DNA from: Camelus ferus
Lineage: Eukaryota
NCBI RefSeq assembly: GCF_009834535.1
Contig: NC_045696.1
Coordinates: 51,524,001-51,588,000 of the forward strand
Length of the DNA stretch: 64,000 bases
Direction: 5' to 3'
Shown: positions 12,481-24,054 of the stretch, piece by piece
Layout: each line of letters opens with the position of its first letter
Numbering within the stretch: the first letter of the stretch is position 1
The notes under the pieces: model-generated
Told to the model about the DNA's origin: nothing
Databases searched by the model: none
The model's input: only the letters and a program-made list of their open reading frames with translations
Made by a program: the position numbers and the translations under genes

Positions 12481-13436
12481 GTAAGGCCTGAAGTCTAGCC
12501 TGGAACTGGAGGAAGAGGGAGAGCAGCTGGAGCAATTATACCTCATCTGTCTGGGGCAGGAAATCCCGTTTTCAGAGTCGGGTGTCCCCTAGTGTGAGAA
12601 ACGGCAGTCTCTGAGAAGGAGGTGCCATTCTGCCTTGGGTGGTGGATGAAGGACTTGGGGTTGGGAGGTGCCTGACTGGCTCAAGAAAAGAAGCAGGAGG
12701 GGGACTGATGAGTTTGCTGGCAGAAGTTCACTCCTGCTTGTCTCCTTTCTTCTGTCCTTGAGGAAACTTCTAGAAAAACGTTGTATGTTCTCTGTGGATC
12801 AAAAATGTCTTTGTCACAGGTTCCAGAGATCCTACTAGTATAGACTGAGTTTAAGTTACTCTATTTCCTTCTATTTAAAAAATCATAAACGGATGTTTCT
12901 TGGGGTGTTTCTTTCTATTTAAAAACTGTGATATAGTTTGCTTTTCATTTTGCTTTCTGAACCATCTGGGGGGATAGGGGTCAGCGCCCAGGAGGGTGGC
13001 TTTGCCTGGGAGAAACAGGACTCCTCTCCAAGCCTCCTTTCCTTTGGATTTCCTGGCTTTCAGAAGGTTTTTCCAGGCGCCCCAAATGGCAGTTACCCAA
13101 AACAACCAGGTTCTACTTCAAAGGATAATGTGCCCAGCACAGAACTGGCTGTTGGAAGATACAATAAAACAGAGGCAGAGGCTGACAAGGGCTTATATTC
13201 TAGGTAGAGAGACAAAGTAAGTGTGTGGAAATAATCAATATGTCCATCATGGAGATATATTCCAGAAGAGTATCCTGAGAGGGTGAAGTGCTACGCTGTG
13301 TAGCATTTATGGTCTGTACGGGGTGGGGGGGTGACAGGACAGACTGGAGAGACTGTCATTCCAAAAACCAATTGTGACTTCTAAGCCCCTTGGAATTTCT
13401 ACAGGAAGTTTCAAGACCCGCTGTTAAAAATGCGTG

Positions 13437-13746
13437 ACGGAACAGAAACAGGTTCACAGATACAGAAAACAAACGTAGGGTTACTGGGGGAAAGTGGGTA
13501 GGAAGGAATAAATTGGGAGTTCGAGATTTGCAGATACTAGCTACTATATATAAATAAATGAGTTTCTACTGTACAGCACAGGGAACTGTATTCAATGCCT
13601 CGTAGTAACCTATAATGGAAAAGAATATGAAAACAAATATATGCATGTATGTGTATGACTGAAACACTGCCGTACACCTGAAATTGACACAACACTGTAA
13701 ACTGACTGTACTGCAATTTAAAAAAAACAGCACAAAAAAAAAAAAA
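13437..13746 (+). mobile_element. 5'-truncated L1 3' end with poly(A) tail and TSD
   Basis: cacagatacagaaaacaaac...gtacagcacagggaactgtattcaat...gtaacctataatggaaaagaatatg...acaacactgtaaa followed by an A tail. TSD aaaaatgcgtg (13426-13436) and aaaaatgcatg (13742-13752). Confidence 0.9.
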
Positions 13747-13770
13747 TGCATGCTTTTCTCCCTTCCCTAG

Positions 13771-14100
13771 GCGCCGTGACAGGCAGAATAGTAACAACGG
13801 GGAACATTTCTGCAGAGGAAGGTGGCTCTGTCACCTTACAGTGTCACCTCTCCTCCACCACTGCCAAAGTGACTCAGGTCAACTGGGAGCAGCAGGACCA
13901 CGCCCTGGCCATTCATCACACTAACTTGGGGTGGCACATCGACCCAGCCTTCACAGAGCGAGTGGTCCCAGGCCCCCACCTGGGCCTCACCCTCCGGTTG
14001 CTGACCATGAACGACACAGGAGAGTACTCCTGTATCTATCACACCTACCCTGACGGGATTTACAAAGGGATACTCTTTCTGGAAGTCCTACAAAGCTCAG
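13771..14100 (+). CDS. TIGIT: TIGIT coding exon 2 (IgV domain)
   Basis: Polypyrimidine tract plus ccctag acceptor at 13770. The 330-bp exon encodes GAVTGRIVTTGNISAEEGGSVTLQCHLSSTTAKVTQVNWEQQDHALAIHHTNLGWHI...NDTGEYSCIYHTYPDGIYKG. It carries the nectin/PVR-family motifs VTQ, AX6G and TYP, both Ig cysteines, and NIS/NDT sequons. Donor is CAG|GTATGT. Confidence 0.97.
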
Positions 14101-14174
14101 GTATGTCGCCTTGAGCCGGGTGGCTGATGATCCTCGTCCACTAGGAGAGAAAATGCATTCCTGCTGAACACTGC

Positions 14175-14352
14175 AGAGTAGGGCCTCCCAACCCTGGTTC
14201 ACGTTCGAATTACCAGGGAGCTTTTAAATGATACTGATGCTGGTGCCCCATCCCAGACCAGTTGGGTCAGAATCTCTAGGGCCAGGGCAGGTTGTGTTGG
14301 GTTCTAAAAACATCCCCCATTTGAATGTGCAGAGGGTATTGTGAACCACTGT
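14175..14352. mobile_element. MER5A
   Basis: gaattaccagggagcttttaaatgatactgatgctgg...ccagaccagtt...tcagaatctctagg...gaaaccactg. Confidence 0.65.
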
Positions 14353-14639
14353 TTTGGGTAGGAAGCATGTCTTATGTTTATTTGTTGGGAAGACCAGTTG
14401 TTCTGGTCATTGGAGAAGGGTTCTAGTTAATTAGTTTAGCATCAATTATGCAAATTAGAATTAGCCCCTAAATTTGTAAAGGATTAGAGCCCAGTGTTTG
14501 CTAAGCATCAATGTACAATAATTTACATTTGTGTGGTATTTCATAGTTTCCAAAATGCTCTCCCCTTCATTAGCCACCTGGACACTGAACCCAGTCGTCT
14601 GGAGGGTGGGGTAAGGATTGTTAAATCGTGACTGAGAGA

Positions 14640-14880
14640 CAGGATAGCAGAGTGGTGGTGAGCTCAGACTCTTACGCCAGACAGCCTGGGTCCAAATCCT
14701 GGTGTTGCTGTTGACCTCAGAGAGGATTACTGAGCCTCTCTGCACATGGTTTTTCTCATCTTTGAAATGAGGAAGAGATGTAAGACCTTATAAGGTGCTA
14801 ACATAGGACTGAATTACTTACTGAAAGAAAATGCCCTTAGAACAGCCCCTGGAACATGGTAAGCATGATGTTAGCTGTGA
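14640..14880 (+). mobile_element. MIR SINE
   Basis: gccagacagcctgggtccaaatcctgg...ttttctcatctttgaaatgagg...cttagaacagcccctggaacatggtaagc. Confidence 0.75.
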
Positions 14881-16254
14881 ATATGACTCCCTGATTCCCA
14901 TTTGACTGTCTGGTGGAGGTGGAAGCTGAGGCTTGGCAGTGGCTCAGAGCAGCAGAGCTGACAATAACATGGGTGTTCTGGTTCCCCTCAGCCCCACCCT
15001 CAGAACTGCTATTTGCTGCCATTGCTTGTGTTGGAGATTAAGTTTTATAAGTTAGCAAAATGTGTGTAAACTGAGAAGATAAAACTTACCTTAAAGTTTC
15101 TTCTCAAATGCTACTTCTTCTGGAGCCCTGACAGAGGCCAATGCAGCAAGTGGGGAAGAGCCCAGATCCTCCTCTGGTTCTGCAGATGGCCCTCTGCCCC
15201 GCTCTGACCGGCTCCAGCTTTGCTCTCCGTCAGCCCTCTTTCCCTACCTGTGGCCAGGCAGGAGACTGAGTCCTCAGGGCAGGAGGAACACATTCTGGGG
15301 GATTTGGCTCCCCCTTCCCGGTCCCTGTGGCTACCGTGGGCATTGCCCTTCCTAAGTGATCTCTTGCCTTAACCATCTTCCTAGAAACCTAAGCCCTTTG
15401 TTAGAGAGAAGAGGGCCTGGCCTCTGCTACACCCTTCTCTGGAGACTGCCTTAGACCCCTGGGTTCTGCCCGAATTCCTGGGAGGGAGGTGGAGATGGGA
15501 TGAGGCAGCCTGGAAACCTTTCCACCCACAGCGCAGTGCACATCCTGACAGTTGTCCTGTTTCCCTCATGCTCTCCTTGGGTCAGGTACCACTCATCTCT
15601 TCAAAACTCCCTTCCTAATTCTTTCTCCTTCCATTTACATTTTACATCTTAATGGAAATTCATTTGTTTGTGCTTTAATTCATGTCACGAATATTTATTG
15701 AGCACCTGCTGGGTGCCAGGTGCTGGCAAAACAGAAAAGGAAAAGCTGCCCCCACCACTCCCTCCGGGGTCTCCCAGCCTGGCTGGAGTAAGCCTGACAG
15801 GCTTAAGGGGAAAGACTTATGCTTTTTTTCTTCTTTGTACTTTAATATTAATTTAATTTTTAATTAAACTTTTTTTACTAGTTTGATTACAAATATGAAG
15901 TTTAATAAAAGAAAATGTTCATTTTCTGCTTTTTTCTGGGTGCAGTTTGTTTCATTTCATGACTATTACGAAGTGAGTATGAAAGTGATTTTGTCAAACA
16001 GGAGAGGGGCGTATGGAAAACGGTCTGCCCTGGTGTCAAGTGTACGCCCCTCGAGAACTCAGTCTTTGATTTCATGATGGGCCAGGTAGATGCTCCACTG
16101 TCCAAAGAGCTGGGCTGAAAGACTCCAGACCTGTGGTCAGAGAAAGGCCTGGCCAGCCTCCACGCCCGTGCCTGGACACTGAGGCTCCCCCGGGTCATGG
16201 CTGCCCTTTGTTTCTGGCCTCGGCTCACTCACCTTTATCTTGTCTTCCCTCTAG

Positions 16255-16361
16255 TGGCTGAGCACAGCGCTGGGTTCCTGGTCCCTTTGCTTGGAGCCAC
16301 GGCCACAGCGCTGGTGGTCATCTGCACAGCAGTCATTGTGGTGGTCACAGTGGCCCGAAAG
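16255..16361 (+). CDS. TIGIT: TIGIT coding exon 3 (stalk and transmembrane helix)
   Basis: cttccctctag acceptor. The 107-bp exon encodes VAEHSAGFLVPLLGATATALVVICTAVIVVVTVARK and ends at AAG|GTAATG. Cumulative CDS is 501 nt (phase 0), consistent with exons 1-2. Confidence 0.95.
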
Positions 16362-17389
16362 GTAATGACTCTGGCTGCACATTCAGTCCTGGACACCCCA
16401 CCCCTGCCCCCTGGTCCTTCCATGTCCCCTTTCTGTCCAGAGAGAGACCCAGATGTGATCTCCTCCACTGCTCTTTGTGTCTTCTTCATGGTCCTCCTTC
16501 TGCCCTTTAGTGGCATTGTCTATGCTCTCCTTCCGTCCCTTCCCTTGTCTGGGAGCCCCTGAAAGATTGGATCTATATCCTCCCCATCTTGCTGTCACCT
16601 GCAATTCCTGGCTCCTGCCTGTTGCTTGAGCCATTCCTCTGAGAGTTTGATTTATCTGCTGTCAGTTTGTTGCAAACTTGCATCTGTGCCAGGGTTTTTG
16701 AACATTTGCTTATTCAGTTTTAACAACCCTTTAGTTGTGCTAGGCTACCTAGCACTTCTGTTGGATAAGAAATAAACACTCCAAAAATTTAGGAGTAAAA
16801 GGTACATAGCAAGATCAGGAGGTTGTAAATCCTCTGTTACTCTAGCTTAAGAGATCACGTGGCTAAAGAGTACTGGATGGGGAACTGGAAGCTTCTAATC
16901 TCAGCATCAAGTGTGTGACGATAGGGATGTTGTTTAATCTCCCAGGTCTCACGTCTTGACCTATAAAATGGGGATTATGATTCCGCTGGCTCTCTGTCAC
17001 AGGGCTGTGATGGGCAGGTGGCACATTGCATGTGAAAGCTTTGTAAACCGTGAAGGAACATATCCATGTCCTTGTGTCATAACTAGAACCTGCTGATTAG
17101 GATGAGTGAAAGAATTCCTGCTCCTTGTTGCGTCTGCCCTCTCGGGCCTTTAGAGCCATCCCAGGTGCCTTCATTCAAGTCACTAAAACATTCCGGGGAA
17201 GGTCAGCCTTTGATTCCCAACGGTGTTTTCCACCTCATTCCAGATCCTCCTCCCCAGCGCCTGACTCACTTTCCCTCCAACTCTGGTTCCGCTCAACTAA
17301 CAACTCAACTCTGCAGCCCCACTTTGCTCTCTCTGGACTGGTACTTGGTGCTGTTACTCCTGATGTAGGTGGGTTTGCAACTTATCACC

Positions 17390-19230
17390 TTGTTTTCTTC
17401 GTGTTTGTTTTGCCTGTATTTTTCCCCCCTCTACTCTTTCTTCCTGTTTTTTGAATTAAGTACTTATTATTAAAAAGATCTGTTTAGTAGTTATGCACTT
17501 TTCCTTTTCTTTAAGTGGTTATGCTACAGATTACAAAATAGACCCTTGACTTATTAAAGTCCAATATGTATTAGTACTTTTATCATTTCTTGGATTTTGC
17601 AGAAACCTTAGAACACATTATCTCTTCACCTACCTCCCCAACTTATTGCTGTTGTTGTCATGTATTTTAGTTCTCTCTACATTTTAAACCCCAAAGAAAT
17701 GGTAATTGTCTTATGAGTCAATATTCACTTAGATTTACCCCTTCTGTTGCTCTTCATGTCTTCCTGCATGTCCTGTGTTATAACTAGGGTCGTTTTCCTT
17801 CTGCCTAAAGAATATCCTTTACTATTTCCTTGAAGGCAGGCATGCTAGTGATGAATTATCTTGCTTTTTGTTTGTCTGAAAATGTCTTAATTTTTCCTTA
17901 ATTTAAAAGTGATATATTTGTTTTGCTGGGTATAGAGTTCTTTGCTGGTAATTTTCTTTCAGCACGTGGGAAATATTGTTCCATTGTCTCTGGCTTCTCA
18001 TATTTCTGTTGAGAAATTATATGAGAGTCTTATTTTTGCTCCTTGGAAGATATATGTTCTTTTCTGACTCTTTAAAAAATTTCTTTCTCTTTGATATTCA
18101 GTGATTTTCAGTAATTACACAGTGATATAATTGAATAAAGCTATCTGTGTATTTATTCTGTTTGGGGTTTGGAGTGCTGTTTGAATTTGTGGCCTGATAT
18201 CATTTGTTAGTTTTTGTCATTCTTGGCTATTATTTCTTCATATATTATTTCTCTGTCCTTGCTTTCTTTTCCTTCCAGAATTCTAATCACAGGTGGTATT
18301 TTCAACATTTTCACTTTTTCCCACGTCCCTTACCCTCTTTTTTGTATTTTCCATCCACTTGTCTCATCAAATGTTTTCTTTGGACATGCCTTCCAGTTTA
18401 CTAAATATCTTCTTTGATGTATCTAATCTTCTGTTAAATCCATCTGTTAAGTTCTTCATTTCCGCTATCATATTTTTCAGCTCCAGGACTCCTATTTTGT
18501 CCTTTGTTTGAATAGTTTACAGTCTGCCAAAATTCTCAATCTTGTTTTGAATTCTTTGAAAATATTAATCATAGTTATTTTGAAGTCTGTGCCTGATAAT
18601 CCTATTAATTGAGTTCTCCGTGGGTCTTTTAATATTCTCTCCTTTTGCTTGTTTTTTGGACCCATCTTCTTGACTGTTTACTTTTCATTGAGTGCTACGC
18701 TTTCTACATGAAAACTAGTAGCAGTAACTTGAGGTGTTAATATCATGTTCCTCTAGAGAAGATTCCTTTTTGCTTCTATCAGATGACTGGTCTGCAGGTA
18801 CTAGCATTCCCGTCACTTTAATTAAATCATGGTGAGAAGATTTAAAACTGAACTTAATTTCTGGTACTTCCTTACTTGTAGGGGGTAGTCCTTCAGGGTC
18901 CCGACTCAAGCCTGTGGTATTGCCAAGTCTCCTCTCCTTGGTGGTTTCTGAACTCTAAATTTTGTCCCTCCAGCTAGAATCTCTGTAGCTTATCTGCCTC
19001 TCAGCTGTAACTTTCAGGCAATTTCTCTAGGAGAAAATCTCCCCAAATGCTCATCTCACCCCTCTGGACTTCCTATTCCTGGATCTTGTTCCCCAGCCCT
19101 CAGATTTCTCACTGATTTGGTAGATTTCTGATTACTACAAATAGATGTTTCTAATATTTTGTTCAGCTTTTCCAGCTGTTCTCAATGGAAAGGTTGTTTC
19201 AAAGCAACATAGTTCTACTGGAAGCAGAAC
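17390..19230 (-). mobile_element. Old L1M 5'/ORF1 remnant, antisense
   Basis: T-rich sequence with ttttctttcagcac...ttccattgtctctggctt...tttctgttgagaa, typical of L1M ORF1 read antisense. Confidence 0.65.
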
Positions 19231-19235
19231 TCCTA

Positions 19236-19745
19236 TTTTTTTTTTAAATTGAACCATAGTTGATTTACACTGTTGTGTTAGTTTCAGGTATATAGTGAAG
19301 TGATTCAGTTATACATACATATATTCTTTTTCACATTATTTTCCATGGTAGGTTATTACAACATACTGAATATAGTTTTTTTGGCTATACAGTAGGACCT
19401 TGTTTAACTATTTTATACATAGTAGTTTGTATCTGCTAATCCCAAACTCCTAATTTATCCCTATAACTCCCTTTCCCCTTTGTAACCATAGTTTGTTTTC
19501 TGTTCTGTGAGTGTGCTTCTATTTTGTAAATAAGTTGTTTATATCATTTTTTTAAGATTCCACATATAAGTGATATCACATGATACTCATCTTTCTATGT
19601 TGGACTTACCTCACTTGGTATGATAATCTCTAGGTCCATCCATGTTGCTGCAAATGGGATTACTTCATTCTTTTTAATACACGAGTAATATGCCATTATG
19701 CCACGCACACACACACATATACACATACACACACACACATATCTT
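19236..19745 (-). mobile_element. L1 3' end (cetartiodactyl type), antisense
   Basis: Poly(T) followed by aattgaaccatagttgatttacactgttgtgttagtttcagg...ttaagattccacatataagtgatatc...ggtccatccatgttgctgcaaatgg. The minus-strand ORF includes IKKNEVIPFAATWMDLEIII (ORF2 C-terminus). Confidence 0.9.
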
Positions 19746-20030
19746 TTGTGGGTCATCGGGTCTCTGTTGCAAGGATACAACTCTGCCATCGCAGTGTGAA
19801 AGCACCACAGACAATATGCAAATAAATGAGCATGGCTGTGTTTCAATAAACCTTTATTTATAAACACTGAAATTTGAATTTCATATAATTTTTGTGTTTA
19901 ATAAAATACCATTCTTCTTTTGAAGTTTTTCAACCACTGTAAAATATAAAATCTATTTTTAGCTCATGGGCAATACAAAAGTCCGTGGTGCCCTAGATTT
20001 GACCTATGGGCCTTCATCTGCCAATCCCTG
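19746..20030. mobile_element. MER58B (hAT-Charlie), left end missing
   Basis: ggtctctgttgcaa...caactctgccat...catggctgtgtttcaataaacctttattta...gatttgacctatgggcc...tgccaatccctg. Confidence 0.8.
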
Positions 20031-20041
20031 ATTTAGCAGGT

Positions 20042-20889
20042 TGTATTGGGAAAAGCTCTGTTTTTTCCTCTTCTCTACTCTTGGCACCACACAGAACACT
20101 TCTGACACCAGATGTGTGGATTTATTCCCACACCGAGCAGTTCTTTTGCACAATCTGGGTGTCCTATAATCAGTCCATTTCTGACACTACCTACTTGGAG
20201 TCAACATCAGATCCCACAAGTTAGGGGCTCAGTCCTACAAGACTGCCCCCACTTCAGATGCTGGTTGCAAGTCTGACCGACTGGCTATAAATTGAGGTTC
20301 CCACAACCCCCTCCTCAAATTTGATAATTTGCTAAGACAGCTCTCAGAACTCAGGGGAACACTTCCTTACATCTACCAGTTTATTATAGAATAAAGAATT
20401 TGATAAAGGATACAGATGAATAGCCAAATGAAGGAGACACATAGGGGTGAGGTCTTGAAGGGTCCCGAGCACAGGACCTTCTGTCCCCATGGAGCTGGGG
20501 GTGCCACCCTTCCAGCATATAGATGTATTCAGCACCTCCACATCCCATACTTCAGGGGTCTTTATGGAGACTTCATCACATAGATGTGATTGGTTATTTG
20601 CTCATTTTCCAGCTTTCCCCCATCTCTGGATAATGGAGGGTAAAGCTGGAAGTTCCAGGTGGTGATACCCAGTCTCCATTCAGGAATCCACTGAAAGTTA
20701 CCTCACTGGACCAAAAGACAGTCCCGTCCCACGATAGTCCAATGGATTTAGGAGCCCGGTGTATGACATCCGTATCACTCAGGATATTATAGGAGTTTAA
20801 GGCTCTGTGTCAGAAACTGGGGTTAATAAAGACCAAATATTAGCAGGAACTGGAGGTAGAGACCAATATATATGTTTCTATTATTTCAC
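20042..20889 (-). mobile_element. MER21-like ERVL LTR
   Basis: acacttctgacacca...gagtcaacatcagatcccacaagttaggggctcagtcc...ccccacttcagatgc...gaggttcccacaacccc...gaccaatatatatgtttctattatttcac. Confidence 0.75.
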
Positions 20890-21789
20890 GTGGGTCCATT
20901 ATAGCATCCCCACTTCTCTGAGCATTTCATTTCTTCCATAGTTTTCCAAAGCACTGTTGGCTGTCTCTATTGACAGCAGTGTCCTGGGGCCCTTGTGAGG
21001 GTATTAAACCTTGAGTTGTGGGATGTGTCCCAATAGTAACAAATGATCCCTCACCCAGTTTTAAGTTCTACTCACCCAGCCCTGATCCCTCCCAGACGTA
21101 CTCTCCCAGTTCCGCTGTGCGTGTTAGCCAGGTCCTTTTGTTCCACTCCCTCCTCCCTCAGCATGCCCAGCACTCCCTCAGTTACTGCAGGCTGAGATTT
21201 TCCCTAATTTTGGGCCAGTGGCCAGTAGGGGAGGTGGAGGCATGTCCTGACAGGGCCCATCTGCCATCAAGGGGAAGGGGCCACTTCTGCAACTCCGGAT
21301 GGTGGCTCAAGGCTCTCAAGTCCATTTACCCAGAGATCCTCCTCTTAGTCACAGAGATCCCTCCTTTCCCACCAAGACCCTGATTTTGACATAGGAGACT
21401 TACCCAGACTTAGGATTCAGCCTTCTTTGAAGTTCTGTCCCTCTTATAATTAGGTCCTCTGTCTGGTCAGCAGTGCTACAGCTGCATTTCTTTAAATGCT
21501 GCCAGGGAGTAGCTTTGACTCTCACACTTTGCTTTCAGTTGCTGGTAGATGTGTCACAGCCTCTTCTCAGTACATCAGTGGAATTAAGTAAAAGCTACCC
21601 AATCCTATAGTCCCCAAAAGTACTATCTGCCCCACGCTTCTCAAATGTCAAGATGTCTTACCAGCTCATAATCTTCTCCCATCTATGTCCCATCCCATTT
21701 CATACTGGTGGTGGGGTTCACATTCCCATCCAGCTGGTGAGGGATTCCCCTCCACAATCCCACCCTTCGAGTCTGTCTTCTAGGGCCAT

Positions 21790-22170
21790 TCCCAGGGGCA
21801 GCTATTTGAGATCAGATCCCAGAAATAGAGCATGACGTCAATTCTGATGAGAGTGACTTATTGGGATGGGCTCTCAGATGGAGGGTAGTGAAGGAAGCAG
21901 GGTAGGGCTAAGGGGTGTGGTCTCATCTGGAGATGTGATTGAAGCAAGACTTGTTTGCATATTTGCTCAGACCTTGAGGAGGGAGCTGGCCTTTTGAAAA
22001 CCCACCTCAGTCAGTCATTGATTGCTGGCTGCTCGCCCAGAGAGATCCAAGAGCGATTCTCCAGAGGAAGAGCAGCTGTGAGCCACTCACAGCTTAGACT
22101 CCTCGTGTCTGGGGATTGGGAGCACCGGTCTGGTGGGGAGGATATCTGAGCTGGGCACCAACAGCTTTCC
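21790..22170. mobile_element. Old ERVL LTR (LTR16/LTR33-like)
   Basis: cagtcattgattgctggctgc...gcagctgtgagcc...gatatctgagctgggcaccaacagc. Confidence 0.45.
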
Positions 22171-22199
22171 CTGCAGCCCCCAAGAGCCAGTGGATTGCA

Positions 22200-22485
22200 T
22201 TATTTAGGAGGATGGCTTTTGGAATCAGACAGAACTAGGTTTTGGATCCTGGCTCTGACACTTGGGTAACTGTGCCACCTAACTTTGCCGAGTCTCAGCT
22301 TCTTCATTGGTAAAGTGGGAAGAATTATGGTACTGCCCTATTTGGGTTGTAGAAAAAGTTAAGTCAAATAATTCATGTAAGCCAGCTGGCATTTTTCCTG
22401 GCGTGTATTTATTAAGCTCTTATCATTATCATAAAATTTACTGACTGTAGCACTTCATGATACCTGGTGCTCAATAAATAGTTAT
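22200..22485 (+). mobile_element. MIR SINE
   Basis: ttttggaatcagacagaactaggtttt...ctcagcttcttcattggtaaagtggg. Confidence 0.7.
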
Positions 22486-22749
22486 ATTGCATAGATTGAT
22501 CATGACTGAATGAATGATTATTTCTTGCTAAGCAACTACTGAGAAAACTGCTCCCAGGGGACCTTCTGTGAGGCAAAAGAGAGATGGGTGTGTCCTGCTC
22601 CAGGACAATGACTACCAGCTGTTGTCAGTTTCTCCAAGAGGGCCGTGTTGGTCCTGCAGACCTCCATAGCTCCCTTTGGTCCTTTAGAACAACGTCAGTG
22701 CATTAACCCCAGACTTGTTTTATACACTGATTACAATGACAGGGTCCCC

Positions 22750-23043
22750 TTTACAGTCATAGAAAATAAACTTACGGTTACCAAAGGGGGAGGTGGGGGA
22801 GTAAATTAAGAGTTTGAGATTAACATATACAATATATACTATATACAAAATACATAAACAACAAGGACCTACTGCGTAGCACAGGGAACTATATTCAATA
22901 TCTTGTAATGACCTATAATGGAAAATAAAAAGAATACATGTATGTATACGTATAACTGAATCACTTTGCTGTACACCTGAAACTAACCCAACATTGTAAA
23001 TCAACTATATTTCAATTAAAAAACAAACAAACAAACAAAAAAA
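22750..23043 (+). mobile_element. 5'-truncated L1 3' end with A-rich tail
   Basis: catagaaaataaacttacggttaccaaagggg...aacaaggacctactgcgtagcacagggaactatattcaatatcttgtaatgacctataatgg...cattgtaaatcaactata followed by (aaac)n. Confidence 0.9.
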
Positions 23044-24005
23044 CCAATTACGAAGTTCCCTACACAGGATGGGATGGAAACAGAACAGCTGAAAGACCCC
23101 CTCAGGCACGTTTGTGTTTCCCAGAGGGCTGCTGGAAGCCAAAACAGTCCTAAGATTCAAAGGCAAGGGCAGGCAGTCTAAGAATGCGGATGAGAACACA
23201 CCAATTCAAAAGGTCGCACAGCTCTGAGACAGACTTGATCATCTATAGGATTAAAATGGAGAGAGCTGCATCAAGGGATGTAGTGCTTCTTTTAATTACA
23301 GCATCAGCGTGACCTACAATGACCCTCCTTTTCTTCACACCTACAGTTAAGGTACAGCCACTTCTACTGAAAAGAAATGAATGAAACAGTGCGTGAGCCC
23401 AGCTCAGCCTGCGGTGTGGCCCCACCCCGACTCTGTGACACGTGTTCACGGCGCCCACCCGCGCCGCCCCGGCCGCCCTTCCGCTCGCACTCTGCTCGTA
23501 TTCGTGCTCTGCTGCGCTTGGCACCAGCCGATGAGGATGGTGCCGGTTCCTATCCCGGGAGCAGTGGGCTGGGCAGAATGAAGTTTGGCTGGTGTTTGTT
23601 GTTATTTCCCAAGCCTGGGTGTGGCTCTCTGTGACTCTGCCGTTTGGACGTATGGAGGGGCTGGGTGACCCGCTCTAGAGCATCTCCGTGAAGGCTGAGA
23701 GGATGTCAGCTTTCCATGGCGTGTCATTAGGCGTTTCTTCTGCCACCCTGCTTGTGCCTGCTGTTCTTTCATTCTCTTGCTTCTGGGCACAGCCCTCACC
23801 TGTGATGCTGTCATATGGATGTGATGACTGGTTTCACATCCTTGATTTTCCAGAACAGATTTCACTGTCTGTCCTACCGTTCCATAAGTGCAAATGTGCT
23901 TGTCTGACCATGAGTCTGTCCTTTGATTTGGAAAATTCTGTTCATTTAGATTTGGGACTGAGGGGGAGAGAGTGCGAATGAGAGCAAGGAGCAAGTGAGA
24001 GAGAG

Positions 24006-24007
<2 letters not shown>

Positions 24008-24043
<36 letters not shown>

Positions 24044-24052
24044 TGTGTGTGT
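24008..24052. repeat. (TG)n microsatellite
   Basis: About 22 TG units with one interruption. Confidence 0.95.
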
Positions 24053-24054
24053 AT

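Noticed and set aside
14101..14114. Soluble TIGIT from intron-2 read-through (GMSP*)
   Set aside because: An early in-frame stop is expected in any intron, and I see no nearby poly(A) signal to support a stable transcript.
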